Shown: piece by piece, positions 11,084-20,414 of the stretch
How the letters are laid out: every line of letters starts with the position of its first letter
How positions within the stretch are numbered: the stretch's first letter is position 1
Assembly: GCA_963677595.1 (NCBI GenBank)
Contig: OY782041.1
Span: 640,001 to 704,000, forward strand
Source: Spirochaetia bacterium
GTDB taxonomy: Bacteria > Spirochaetota > Spirochaetia > CAKZLE01
Length of the DNA: 64,000 bases
Reading direction: 5' to 3'
The notes under the pieces: model-generated
Seen by the model: only the letters and a program-made list of their open reading frames with translations
The model's database searches: none
Told to the model about the DNA's origin: nothing
Made by a program: the position numbers and the translations under genes

Positions 11084-11902
11084 ATGGGAACTGATATTAA
11101 ATTCGCATTGAATCATATGGTGTGTCCGAGCTTCAGCTATGAGCGGTTCACACAAGGAGCGAAAGCACTGGGCATGTCTGCGGTCGAGTTCCGCAACGAC
11201 ATTGGCGATATGAGTGTGAACAGCATGGAAAGTGCAAAAGCAGCAGGTCAGGCTGCACGTGCAGCAGGACTGAAGGTACTCACGATAAATGCACTCTATC
11301 CCTTCAATATCTGGAACGATGAACGGGCTGATCAGGCAAAAACGATCGGGGACTTTGCCCAAGAACTGGGCGCCCAGGGCCTTGTACTCTGTCCGCTTGT
11401 CGACGCAGACTATGACTTCAGTCAGGAAGATAGACAAGAGCAACTGAAGCAGGCTCTGATCGGTCTCAAGGGGATCCTCCAGGAAAGGAATCTGCAGGGC
11501 TTTGTAGAAGTCCTGGGATTCCCCATCTCCTCCATTCGATTCAAGAGAGATGCTGTCTCGGCGATCAGGGAACTTGGGTTCGAGGGCACATTCGCCCTGG
11601 TACACGACACATTCCACCATAAAGTTGCTGGTGAGGAAGAGTTCTTTGCAGGGAATACTGGCCTGGTTCATATCTCGGGGGTCGAAGACACAACTGTCGC
11701 CTACGACCAGATGCAGGATTCCCACCGTATCCTGATCGGGGATCAGGACCGCCTCGATAACGCCGGGCAGATCAAGACGCTCGCTGAAGGCGGGTATGAG
11801 GGGTATTTCTCATTCGAGCCGTTCAGCGAACCCGTTTGGAACCTGGAAGACCCGATCGGAGCGACACGGGAGAGCATGGACTTCATCCTCTCGAAGCTCT
11901 GA
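11084..11902 (+). CDS. iolI: IolI-like inosose isomerase (TIM barrel)
   Basis: FALNHM, VEFRND, INALYPFN, DTFHH, LVHISGV, SFEPFS motifs. Confidence 0.75.
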   Translation: MGTDIKFALNHMVCPSFSYERFTQGAKALGMSAVEFRNDIGDMSVNSMESAKAAGQAARAAGLKVLTINALYPFNIWNDERADQAKTIGDFAQELGAQGLVLCPLVDADYDFSQEDRQEQLKQALIGLKGILQERNLQGFVEVLGFPISSIRFKRDAVSAIRELGFEGTFALVHDTFHHKVAGEEEFFAGNTGLVHISGVEDTTVAYDQMQDSHRILIGDQDRLDNAGQIKTLAEGGYEGYFSFEPFSEPVWNLEDPIGATRESMDFILSKL

Positions 11903-11927
11903 TACAGATGTTTTCACCTGAATGCTA

Positions 11928-11956
11928 TGGACAATCCTGAAAAAGGAATCTAAGCT
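11928..11956 (+). promoter_or_regulatory. Candidate promoter of tauE copy 1
   Basis: TGGACA-N17-TAAGCT; the same architecture occurs upstream of tauE copy 2. Confidence 0.5.
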
Positions 11957-11983
11957 GACACAAAACAGTGTATTGGAGTACAT

Positions 11984-12736
11984 ATGATCCCACAGATCGT
12001 TCAGGACCACTGGCTCGTCTTAGCTGTAGCCGGATTCATCATCGGCCTTGACAAGGGAGGCATAAAGCCTCTAATCATCGTCGCGATCTATCTGATCACC
12101 AGCATCATGGAACCAAGCATGATGCTGGCTGCTCTTGCACCGGTGATGTTCATCGGTGATATCTTCCCAGCCATTCACTACAGGAAAGACACTAACATCG
12201 CTGTGGTCTTGAGATTCCTGCCATGGGTGACTGTCGGCCTGGCTGTAGGTGCCCTTATTGGGATGAGACTCTCGGAGCAGGTGTTCGGGGTCCTGGTCGC
12301 AGGGATCATCCTGGTCATGAGCCTCATCCTCACCCGTCTGGAATTCCGTCCTTCAAAAACGAGATCGGCATCTCCTGGCTGGATCAGTGCCGGGCTTGGC
12401 CCTGTTGCCGGGTTCAGTTCCATCATAGGCAATATCGCATCCGGGGTCACCAACATCTATTTCCTTTTGTTCGTACATGACAAGCGCTCATTCATCGGAT
12501 CGAATGCGATACTCTATCTCACACTAAACGGGATGAAACTCATCATCTATGCATTGTTCTGGAAGGTCATATCACCGGAGACTCTCGGGATCTCCATTAG
12601 CCTGGTGCTGCCTATCATCCTCGGCACTGTGCTCGCTACCTATATCGTGAAGCTCTTCCCTGAGAAGGTCTTCAGGATCATCATCCTGTGTTCTGCTTAT
12701 TATGCCGGGATCGCCATGCTGGTGAGGTACCTGTAG
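11984..12736 (+). CDS. Sulfite exporter TauE/SafE (TSUP) family protein, copy 1
   Basis: 250 aa, highly hydrophobic, GFIIGLDKGG motif; colinear paralog at 31876-32628. Confidence 0.85.
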   Translation: MIPQIVQDHWLVLAVAGFIIGLDKGGIKPLIIVAIYLITSIMEPSMMLAALAPVMFIGDIFPAIHYRKDTNIAVVLRFLPWVTVGLAVGALIGMRLSEQVFGVLVAGIILVMSLILTRLEFRPSKTRSASPGWISAGLGPVAGFSSIIGNIASGVTNIYFLLFVHDKRSFIGSNAILYLTLNGMKLIIYALFWKVISPETLGISISLVLPIILGTVLATYIVKLFPEKVFRIIILCSAYYAGIAMLVRYL

Positions 12737-13018
12737 GATCAGCTCCCCTGTATGATACCGAAGACCCTCTCCGGGATCCCCTTGAGCTCTTCGTCATCCA
12801 TCCCTGCCGTATTGATCGGCTCGTGGATGGTAAGGGTGACAGGTGTTATGAGCTTCATCCCCTTGCGCTGTTCCATGACCTTATAGGAGTCATGGATCGT
12901 GATCGGGATGATAGTTGCCTTCGCCCTGGTAGCCAGCTTCATGCTGCCTGCCTTGAACTCGCCGAAGTGGTCGCCTTTACTCCTCGTCCCCTCTGGGAAG
13001 ATCACGAGCGGGTGGCCG
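12701..13018. repeat. Direct repeat copy A (318 bp: tauE 3' end plus plsC 3' end)
   Basis: Ungapped match to 32593-32910; 16 mismatches counted by eye (about 95% identity). Confidence 0.95.
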
Positions 13019-13098
13019 TTCAGGCAGCGGGATACGGTAGAGAAGCTCACGCTAGCTATCTCTGCGATATCCTTGATCGTTACGCGGTCATGGCTCAT
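12739..13098 (-). pseudogene. Chimeric ORF: LacI HTH N-terminus fused in frame to the C-terminal part of a plsC allele
   Basis: MSHDRVTIKDIAEIASVSFSTVSRCLN (LacI HTH) then GHPLVIFPEGTRS...IIQGS, nearly identical to the C-terminus of 32631-33353; lacks the NHQS catalytic motif. Confidence 0.9.
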
Positions 13099-14111
13099 CA
13101 GAACTTCTTCATTTCACCCGTCTCAAAGGCCTCCTTACAGGTATATGCTATCTCAGAGACTCTCGTCCCATCGTATACCGTGACCTCGGGCTTTCTGTTT
13201 TCAAGGATACAGTATACAAACTCCTGAAGCTCATTTACATAGGAACTCTCGAATCTCTCGAGAAAATTCTCGCTGCATTCTCGTCTCACACCGGAGGTGT
13301 CAAGGATCTCAACCAGATTCTTCTGCGGTATCGAAGCGATACGCAGGATCCCTTTCGTACCTATGATCTCTGTCTCAACGTTATAGCCGTGGGGGGCAGT
13401 CCGGCCAGCGAAGAGGAATACCATCTCATCATTCCCGAACTGCATGAGGCAGGAGACATTGTCCCCGTCGTTGTACTTTGCGAACTCCTCATGGGCATAA
13501 CACCCGCCGATGGCATAGACGCTCTTCGGCTCGGTCCCAAGGAACCAGCGTGCAAGGTCGATATCATGGACAGCCATGTCGAGGAACTCCCCGCCGCTAT
13601 GACCTGCGAACGCGATCGCTCCGTCAATGAACTTCTCCGGGTCCTGGCTGTAGGAACGGAACAGGACAGGTTTGCCTATCTCCCCATTGACGACCTTATC
13701 GTATGCATACCGGTAGGATTCATCGAACCGTCTCATAAACCCCAGCATGAATACCTGTTCAGGATAGGACTCGACAGCCTTCTCGGCTTTCTTACACTCC
13801 TCGACGGTAGTACCCAGCGGTTTCTCACTGAATACATGCTTGCCGCAGGAGAGTGCCTTCTCTATCTGTGTCGTATGGAGGAACGATGGGGAGACGATAC
13901 AGACCGCATCGATCTCCTCGCTCTCCACCATGGCATCGAAATCAGTGAACCGATGCACAACTCCTAGCCTGTCAGCGGTTGCTTGCATTTTAGCTTCATC
14001 CACATCACAGAGCGCCGTGAGCTCCGCATTCCTGACCCTGTTCGCGATATTCTCCGCATGCTGCAGCCCGAGCCGTCCCAAGCCGACAGAGCCTATACGT
14101 ACTTTCTTCAT
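13098..14111 (-). CDS. Gfo/Idh/MocA oxidoreductase, second inositol 2-dehydrogenase-like enzyme
   Basis: GLGRLG, EKPL, GFMRRFD, SGGEFLDMAVHDID, HGYNVETE motifs. Confidence 0.85.
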   Translation of the reverse strand: MKKVRIGSVGLGRLGLQHAENIANRVRNAELTALCDVDEAKMQATADRLGVVHRFTDFDAMVESEEIDAVCIVSPSFLHTTQIEKALSCGKHVFSEKPLGTTVEECKKAEKAVESYPEQVFMLGFMRRFDESYRYAYDKVVNGEIGKPVLFRSYSQDPEKFIDGAIAFAGHSGGEFLDMAVHDIDLARWFLGTEPKSVYAIGGCYAHEEFAKYNDGDNVSCLMQFGNDEMVFLFAGRTAPHGYNVETEIIGTKGILRIASIPQKNLVEILDTSGVRRECSENFLERFESSYVNELQEFVYCILENRKPEVTVYDGTRVSEIAYTCKEAFETGEMKKF

Positions 14112-14438
14112 ATCATTAATCCTTCCTCATCTTCAGACTGATAACTACTACCACCACTGCCACGATGATCTCGACAACCGCAAGACTAGAAATAAACCCG
14201 GTGTATGCATAACTCAGAACCATATGGGCTTACTTTTCTGCATATCGCATCCATCCGATTCATCTATTTTCAAACGTTTACATTATTATTGCTAAAGATC
14301 CAATTTGCATGGATATTGAATAATCTCTATAAATCAAGAAACAAGAACTACCCTGACAAATACATACAACATGTCTGTTTAAGCTAATAATTTCATTGTT
14401 GGAAACTACTGTATTATGAAGCATCGGTTGTTAGAGAA

Positions 14439-15938
14439 TCACTCAAGTCCGAGTCGTTCAAACTGTTCTTTGGGACTATCATGTTCAGTCAGAGCCTTTT
14501 TCATGAGGTTCTTCATATAGGCTTCGACAGCTGGATCTTCTATCTCGATGTTCTGCTCATAGTCTTTCTTCAAATCGAATAGATGATTTGAACTATGATA
14601 AGAAGTTCTCAGATCGAAACGCTGGGATACATTCCTGAAATTGAAATTCTCCCCAGCAATTGCATACACTGGGAAATCAGTCCAGGAGAGGAACTGACCC
14701 ATGCTGATGTTACTATAGTCACCGATGCTCTCACCGCCTATATACTGATTCAGGGTTGTCGGCATCGATGTGTACAGGTTCAGAGGGGTATTGTCAGCCT
14801 TATCGGGACATTTGAAATACGTATATCGACCATCGGTAATATTCATGCTCTGCCCGAACAAACCATACAATACATAATCCCGCAAAGAATCTTCACTTTC
14901 ATCTATCAGCGGGAACAGATTCTTTCCATGGATCTGATTCGAGAACTCATCTTCATGTATTCCATGATGTGAGGCAATTGTCGGGAATAGATCGATATTC
15001 TGTGTCAGCGCGTCAATGCGTTTTTCGGTCTTCTGTCCCGGCACATGGATGAATAACGGAATATGATAGACTTCATTATATGCAGACATATAGTTCTTCG
15101 CCATCAAGCCATGCTCTCCAAGCATATATCCATGGTCAGTGGTGAAGATGATCAACGTATCATCCCATCTGTTCTGCCTGTCTATGATATCCAGTACCTT
15201 TCCTATCCATGTATCAGACATAGACAAGGTCGCAGCGTATCTGTTCCTGATGTGTTTGAGATCTGCCTCGGTACCTGTGAATGGAGCATATTCCGGCCAG
15301 GTAAACAGTTCATCCTCGTACGCGTCATCGTACAGATCCAGAAACTCCTTCGGTGTATCAAACGGCTCATGAGGATCGAATCCCTCTATCCAGAGAAGGT
15401 AATCGTCCTCATCCCCATGCCGTTCGAGCCAGCTTGCTGCAGCCTGGAATGTTTTCGGCGTGGTGAAATCCGAATCCTTCTCAAAGGCTTTACTGTTCTC
15501 ATGATAGAACTCATCATACCGCCCTTTGTGAGCCGGTGTTGAGAAACCCGCAGGGGACCATTCAAGACTGTCATGCTCCTGCCCCCTGAAACATTCCCAC
15601 GTATCAAATGACTGGCAGTACCCCTCTCCGCCTGTTTCCAAATAGTGATAATGGTCGGTGACCATATGAGAACGAACAGATTTCTTTCTCAATAAACCAG
15701 GGAGCATACAGTCAAAAGCTTCTACGGGACCCCAGTTCCTTTCCAGGAAATTCAAGCGGCCGGTGAACATATCTCTACGAGCCGGCATGCATGGTGCTGA
15801 CCCAGTCCAGTGATTGTCGAATATGTATGAACAGCTCTGAATGCGTTCAAGATTAGGAGTGCTGGTGAAAGCATCGTCATTGTATGTTTTCAAAAACCGT
15901 CTATTCACGCTGTCATTGAGTATAACTATAGTTCTCAT
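14439..15938 (-). CDS. Sulfatase (Cys-type, formylglycine-dependent)
   Basis: CMPARRDMFTGR signature, FDPHEPF, TTDHG; no signal peptide. Confidence 0.9.
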   Translation of the reverse strand: MRTIVILNDSVNRRFLKTYNDDAFTSTPNLERIQSCSYIFDNHWTGSAPCMPARRDMFTGRLNFLERNWGPVEAFDCMLPGLLRKKSVRSHMVTDHYHYLETGGEGYCQSFDTWECFRGQEHDSLEWSPAGFSTPAHKGRYDEFYHENSKAFEKDSDFTTPKTFQAAASWLERHGDEDDYLLWIEGFDPHEPFDTPKEFLDLYDDAYEDELFTWPEYAPFTGTEADLKHIRNRYAATLSMSDTWIGKVLDIIDRQNRWDDTLIIFTTDHGYMLGEHGLMAKNYMSAYNEVYHIPLFIHVPGQKTEKRIDALTQNIDLFPTIASHHGIHEDEFSNQIHGKNLFPLIDESEDSLRDYVLYGLFGQSMNITDGRYTYFKCPDKADNTPLNLYTSMPTTLNQYIGGESIGDYSNISMGQFLSWTDFPVYAIAGENFNFRNVSQRFDLRTSYHSSNHLFDLKKDYEQNIEIEDPAVEAYMKNLMKKALTEHDSPKEQFERLGLE

Positions 15939-15955
15939 TGATATTTATCTCCGGT

Positions 15956-17167
15956 TCAAACGGTAAAATTCATATATTTATTGAACACGAGTGCCGCCCC
16001 GCCCTGGATCATCTTCTCTCCTCCCAGCGTTAACCAGGTAGTTGAAAGATCCATGTCCGGATAGTATCCGGAGTTCTGATCTATATGCTGAATGATATCT
16101 TCGAACATTTCCCTGAATTTGAATGCCATTCTCCCGCAAAAAATAAGCTCCTCGGGTCTCAGCAGATATATGTAATTTCCCAGAGCTGCGACATATGCTT
16201 CCTTGAACTCTTCCAGGATATAGGTGATTTGGGCTCCATTCTGTTCTGATTCCAGTGCTCTTGAGATCATCTCCAGATCAGAGGAGAACGTCCAGGGAGC
16301 TTCCCTGAACCTTGTTTCATCCTCGATTCTTGAGAACTCACCTGTGTCAATAAACGGTTCCAGATTTCTCCTGAGAGAAGATATGGTCCCATACGTATGA
16401 AGGCATCCACGACGCCCGCACACACAAGGAGCTGCCTTGAAGTTTATGACCTGATGAGCCAATAGGAAACTCTGGTCCCGATGTATCACATTCGACTTTC
16501 CCCTGTTGTAGAGCGATTGCCCAATACCTGAATCCAGCCATAATAACCCAATGTCCTTATTGAGATCATGATCCTGGAAAAGCAGTTCCCCCATCAGGAT
16601 CGTTTCCGCGAAATAATCTATGGTAACCGGCGATTTAATGGTATCCTCAAGCATGTCTGCGATCGGGATATTGCGCCACCCGGATAGTTGTTCCGGAACA
16701 AGAATCGTTCTGCAATCATTATCCAGGGGACCGACCACCCCTATCCCCGTTCCGAGAATCTTCTCTTTGTCGATGGTACTGCTCAGCTTCTTCCAGGCCT
16801 CTCCAATAAACCTGATAGCCTCTTCCGGCGTTCTATGATCGCTATACAACCCCTCAATGGACTCAAGGACCTGTCCCCCAATATTACACAGTCCAATACC
16901 TAACACATCACCGTTCAGATACACTCCCAATGCATATGCGGCTTCCGGGTTAATACTGTATTCACCAGCCTTCCTTCCGCTTCCCTTACTGCCTGTGATC
17001 AATCCCGCTTTCTCCAATTCTACAATGAAGCGATTGATATTCGTTAGGGATCCCCCAAGAGCCTTGACGATTGCACTTTTTGAGATTGGGCCCTTCTGGT
17101 GTATCAGCAGATATACTGATTTCTCCGTGACCCTGAATTCATTGATCTCACTGAACTTTCTAAACAT
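15956..17167 (-). CDS. ROK family transcriptional regulator
   Basis: N-terminal winged HTH, GIGVVGP, CVCGRRGCL zinc motif. Confidence 0.85.
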   Translation of the reverse strand: MFRKFSEINEFRVTEKSVYLLIHQKGPISKSAIVKALGGSLTNINRFIVELEKAGLITGSKGSGRKAGEYSINPEAAYALGVYLNGDVLGIGLCNIGGQVLESIEGLYSDHRTPEEAIRFIGEAWKKLSSTIDKEKILGTGIGVVGPLDNDCRTILVPEQLSGWRNIPIADMLEDTIKSPVTIDYFAETILMGELLFQDHDLNKDIGLLWLDSGIGQSLYNRGKSNVIHRDQSFLLAHQVINFKAAPCVCGRRGCLHTYGTISSLRRNLEPFIDTGEFSRIEDETRFREAPWTFSSDLEMISRALESEQNGAQITYILEEFKEAYVAALGNYIYLLRPEELIFCGRMAFKFREMFEDIIQHIDQNSGYYPDMDLSTTWLTLGGEKMIQGGAALVFNKYMNFTV

Positions 17168-17170
17168 GTA

Positions 17171-18694
17171 TTACCCTTCCATTGGTGAAACTCTTTTCGT
17201 CTCTTTTTTACTACCATCTGAATGCTTCAATGTAAACCATAATGACCCTGCAATCATAAGCACATTGATAATGATGAGAATCAACGATACAGGCCTCTGA
17301 AAAAATATCATGATCCCATCCTGCGAAAGAAGCAGGGACCGCCTGAAATTATTCTCAAGTAAAGGCCCCAGGATCATCCCGATGACAATCGGGGCAAGTG
17401 GGTATTCGGCAAGTCGAAAGAGTATCCCTACAAGACCGAAAGCAAGCATCACCCAGAGATCAAAGACAGAAGCCTGAAGGGCAAAAGTCCCTATGGCACA
17501 TAGTAACAAGACGATCGGAATGAGGAATGATTTCCTGATTCGCAGCACATAGATGAACAGGGGGGTTGCCAGGATACCGATGATCAATAAAAAGATATTT
17601 GAAGAGAGATATACGAGGAACACCCCTCCCACGATATCCTGGTGATGTTCAAACAGTGTCGGTCCCGGGAAGAATCCCAATATAAGTAAGGCTCCCATCA
17701 GAACAGCGGATGTTGCATCTCCAGGAATACCTAGTGCCAGCGTTGGTATGAGTGTCCCACCGACTGTGGCATTGTTGGCGCTCTCTGTGGTTACCACGCC
17801 ACCTGCCTCTCCTTCCCCATAGTGTTCATGGGGCTTAGCTAAAGCCTTCGAAAGAGCATACGCCGTGAAGGAGCTTATTACCCCTCCTGCACCGGGAAGC
17901 GACCCGAAAAAAGCCCCGATAATCGACGATCGTATGAGGTTTCCCCAGTGTTTCAGGACGAGGATTACTGACTTGAAACTAGCGGTGAATATCTGTATCT
18001 CAGGTTTCTTATTCAGGTCTTTACCCATTATCTGGAACACCATCTCCGAGATCGCGAACAGCCCCACGACTACAGCAACAATGTGAAACCCATTCAACAT
18101 CTGGTACGACCCGAATGTGAATCTATAGCCGGTAGAGAACTCATCCGTACCTATGGTTGCAAGCAGCAAGCCGAAACATCCTGCTAGAAGCCCTTTGATC
18201 AGCGACCCCTTGGAAATGACCGATATAGCAATCAGCCCGGTAACTGCAAGGGCTGTATATTCTGGCGGAGCAAACCGGCTGGCAAATTTCGCAAGGAGGG
18301 GAGCGAACAGTATCAGGATGACACCGCCTAGCAGACCTCCGATGGATGAAGCTGAGATCGCTATGCCAACGGCATCGGAGGCTCTGCCTTTCTGAGCCAT
18401 CGGATACCCGTCCAGCAGCGTCGCTGCAGCAAGGGGAGTACCGGGGATCCTCAATAAGATTGCAGAGATGGACCCTCCACACGAACCGCCGACGAATATG
18501 GCAATCAAAAAGCCCATTGCAGCTACAGGAGGTTGGGTAACTGCAACGGGGAGCATAAGTATTATACCCATCAGAGGACCAAGCCCAGGAAGTGCCCCAA
18601 CGATAAGACCGAAGATGACCCCTAACAAGGTAAGAGTAATTGAGAGGGGTGAGAAGAACAGGGATAATCCTGCACCAAGTGATGTTACTAACAT
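17171..18694 (-). CDS. tctA: Tripartite tricarboxylate transporter permease TctA (copy 1)
   Basis: GALPGLG, IPGTP..AATLLDGYPM, ESANNA, LALGIPG motifs; start reassigned to MLVTS. Confidence 0.92.
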   Translation of the reverse strand: MLVTSLGAGLSLFFSPLSITLTLLGVIFGLIVGALPGLGPLMGIILMLPVAVTQPPVAAMGFLIAIFVGGSCGGSISAILLRIPGTPLAAATLLDGYPMAQKGRASDAVGIAISASSIGGLLGGVILILFAPLLAKFASRFAPPEYTALAVTGLIAISVISKGSLIKGLLAGCFGLLLATIGTDEFSTGYRFTFGSYQMLNGFHIVAVVVGLFAISEMVFQIMGKDLNKKPEIQIFTASFKSVILVLKHWGNLIRSSIIGAFFGSLPGAGGVISSFTAYALSKALAKPHEHYGEGEAGGVVTTESANNATVGGTLIPTLALGIPGDATSAVLMGALLILGFFPGPTLFEHHQDIVGGVFLVYLSSNIFLLIIGILATPLFIYVLRIRKSFLIPIVLLLCAIGTFALQASVFDLWVMLAFGLVGILFRLAEYPLAPIVIGMILGPLLENNFRRSLLLSQDGIMIFFQRPVSLILIIINVLMIAGSLWFTLKHSDGSKKETKRVSPMEG

Positions 18695-18705
18695 ATCAGT
18701 CCTTC

Positions 18706-19218
18706 CTACCAGGGTATATTCAGCTTGAATATTCCGCCAGGCAGTACAATCTTTAAGAATGATTCGAATACAAAAGCCAGTAAAAAAGTGGTTATAATAC
18801 TTGTCAATACGATCTGAACAGGTTTTCTCAGACCGGATACACAAATGATTCCAGCCAGCATCAGAGGCGTTGCTATATAGTATCCTAAAAACCCAAGCGC
18901 CCATAAATATGCTGCGAAGATCGCGAGAAGCGATACCGGCCGAATCAGGTTTGAGAGAGTGTGTGTAGTGCTCACTTCACTGCTCTGACGGCTCTCCGCT
19001 CTGATGCTATGGGTAACAAACCGCAAGATAAGCAGAATGATCAAGAAGACGCTAATAATTATAGCAATGGCTCTTGGATATGCTGCGGCATTATTATACG
19101 GACCGCCAGAAGCAATACCACTCTCTGTCATATCTGTCATGATTTGTTGAAACACAATGATCACTACTACTGCAAAGAAGAGTACGACCAACCATTCTGC
19201 CAACTTGCGACTATTCAT
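18706..19218 (-). CDS. tctB: TctB family small membrane subunit (copy 1)
   Basis: 4-5 TM segments, LGYYIAT, F..LKIVLPGG; lies between tctC and tctA. Confidence 0.85.
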   Translation of the reverse strand: MNSRKLAEWLVVLFFAVVVIIVFQQIMTDMTESGIASGGPYNNAAAYPRAIAIIISVFLIILLILRFVTHSIRAESRQSSEVSTTHTLSNLIRPVSLLAIFAAYLWALGFLGYYIATPLMLAGIICVSGLRKPVQIVLTSIITTFLLAFVFESFLKIVLPGGIFKLNIPW

Positions 19219-19236
19219 GTATCACCCTACCCTTAA

Positions 19237-20250
19237 TTAAAGTTTACTTAATTCAGCCTGCTCCCACTTGAGAGCATTCCCCATACTGACCAGTTGATCA
19301 TAGACAGAGCTTACGATCTCTTCGTATTGCTCATCACCCCACTCAAGCGGCACAAACCCCAGATTCTCAATCTTGGTCCGTACATCCTCTCTTGCCATGA
19401 CTTTGTCCATAGCAGTCCTCAATACCTCGGTCACGTCATCAGGAGTATCCTTTCTCACCAGCCACCAATTCCAACCCATAGGTCCTAAATTTGATAATCC
19501 AAGATCGATATCAAGGTCTGCGAAGCTTGGAGCCCCATCGAAAGTAGCTTTTGCCCCGGGAAGCTCAGACAAGACCAACAGCACTTTCAGGCTCTCTTTG
19601 TCTGTGAGATAGTTGCCAACATTAAGATACGCGAAATCGAGCACACCAGCTTTCAGGTCTTTGTCTGAATCACCTGCAACCGTATATGGGATCTGCTGTG
19701 CAACCACACCATAAGTCTGCAGTATTTTAGCAATGACCATATGCGGAAGATTATTACGTGAACCAGTCGAATACCTGAGTTCACCAGGATGGGCCTTCCC
19801 ATATTCCATCATCTCCTCAAAGGTATTCCACCTGGTCTCATTCACATTGCATGCAATTGAGAATGCATTGGATGCAGCAGAATGCAGCGGCTTGAAATCA
19901 TCATAACTCCAGTCTGCATTGCCAAGAATCGGTTGCAGAACGAGGGGAGCAACGTATCCATCGATAATGGCATACCCATCTGCAGGTTTGTTCATTGCAG
20001 TCTGAAACGCCTTTGTTCCTGAAGCACCAGGCGTGGAGATGACAGTCATAGAGACTCCCAGCTCTTCACCCATCGCAGCTGCAATGATCTGGCTGACAGA
20101 CATCGAGGACCCAGGCCCCCAGGGGAATATGTTCTCGATTGTCCTGACTGGGAAATCGATACCCTCCGACTCACTGGAACCATTTGCGAAAACTGATACA
20201 GCCGAAAGACATACCATCGCAACGACCAGAATCATTAATCCTTTTTTCAT
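19237..20250 (-). CDS. tctC: TctC/Bug family substrate-binding protein (copy 1)
   Basis: FPVRTIE..FPWGPG, PGASG...PADGY, TPDDV motifs; signal peptide. Confidence 0.88.
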   Translation of the reverse strand: MKKGLMILVVAMVCLSAVSVFANGSSESEGIDFPVRTIENIFPWGPGSSMSVSQIIAAAMGEELGVSMTVISTPGASGTKAFQTAMNKPADGYAIIDGYVAPLVLQPILGNADWSYDDFKPLHSAASNAFSIACNVNETRWNTFEEMMEYGKAHPGELRYSTGSRNNLPHMVIAKILQTYGVVAQQIPYTVAGDSDKDLKAGVLDFAYLNVGNYLTDKESLKVLLVLSELPGAKATFDGAPSFADLDIDLGLSNLGPMGWNWWLVRKDTPDDVTEVLRTAMDKVMAREDVRTKIENLGFVPLEWGDEQYEEIVSSVYDQLVSMGNALKWEQAELSKL

Positions 20251-20331
20251 CTTCTACTCCTTTGATAGTCAATGTTATTCATCAAACACTATTAGAAGAT
20301 CCCCATAGCTGATTATACACCGATTAATAGG

Positions 20332-20369
20332 TTTGTTGACTTTTTTTGTTAACCAATTTAGTTATCTAA
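20332..20369. promoter_or_regulatory. Two overlapping inverted-repeat operator candidates upstream of tctC1
   Basis: TTTGTTGAC-N7-GTTAACCAA and TTTGTTAAC-N7-GTTATCTAA. Confidence 0.55.
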
Positions 20370-20414
20370 ATAGCATTACAGCATTTCCTCTTACCTGCAA
20401 GAAGAACCCAGCCA

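Noticed and set aside
12701-13018. Repeat as attL/attR of a prophage or ICE
   Set aside because: No integrase or phage/conjugation genes; the repeat is long, diverged at synonymous sites and accompanied by a full tauE paralog
18695-18904. N-terminal extensions in the ORF track (tctA1, mnmG, mnmE, GH20, LuxR, GDPD)
   Set aside because: They overlap neighbouring genes or promoters; downstream starts fit family length and, in most cases, RBS position better
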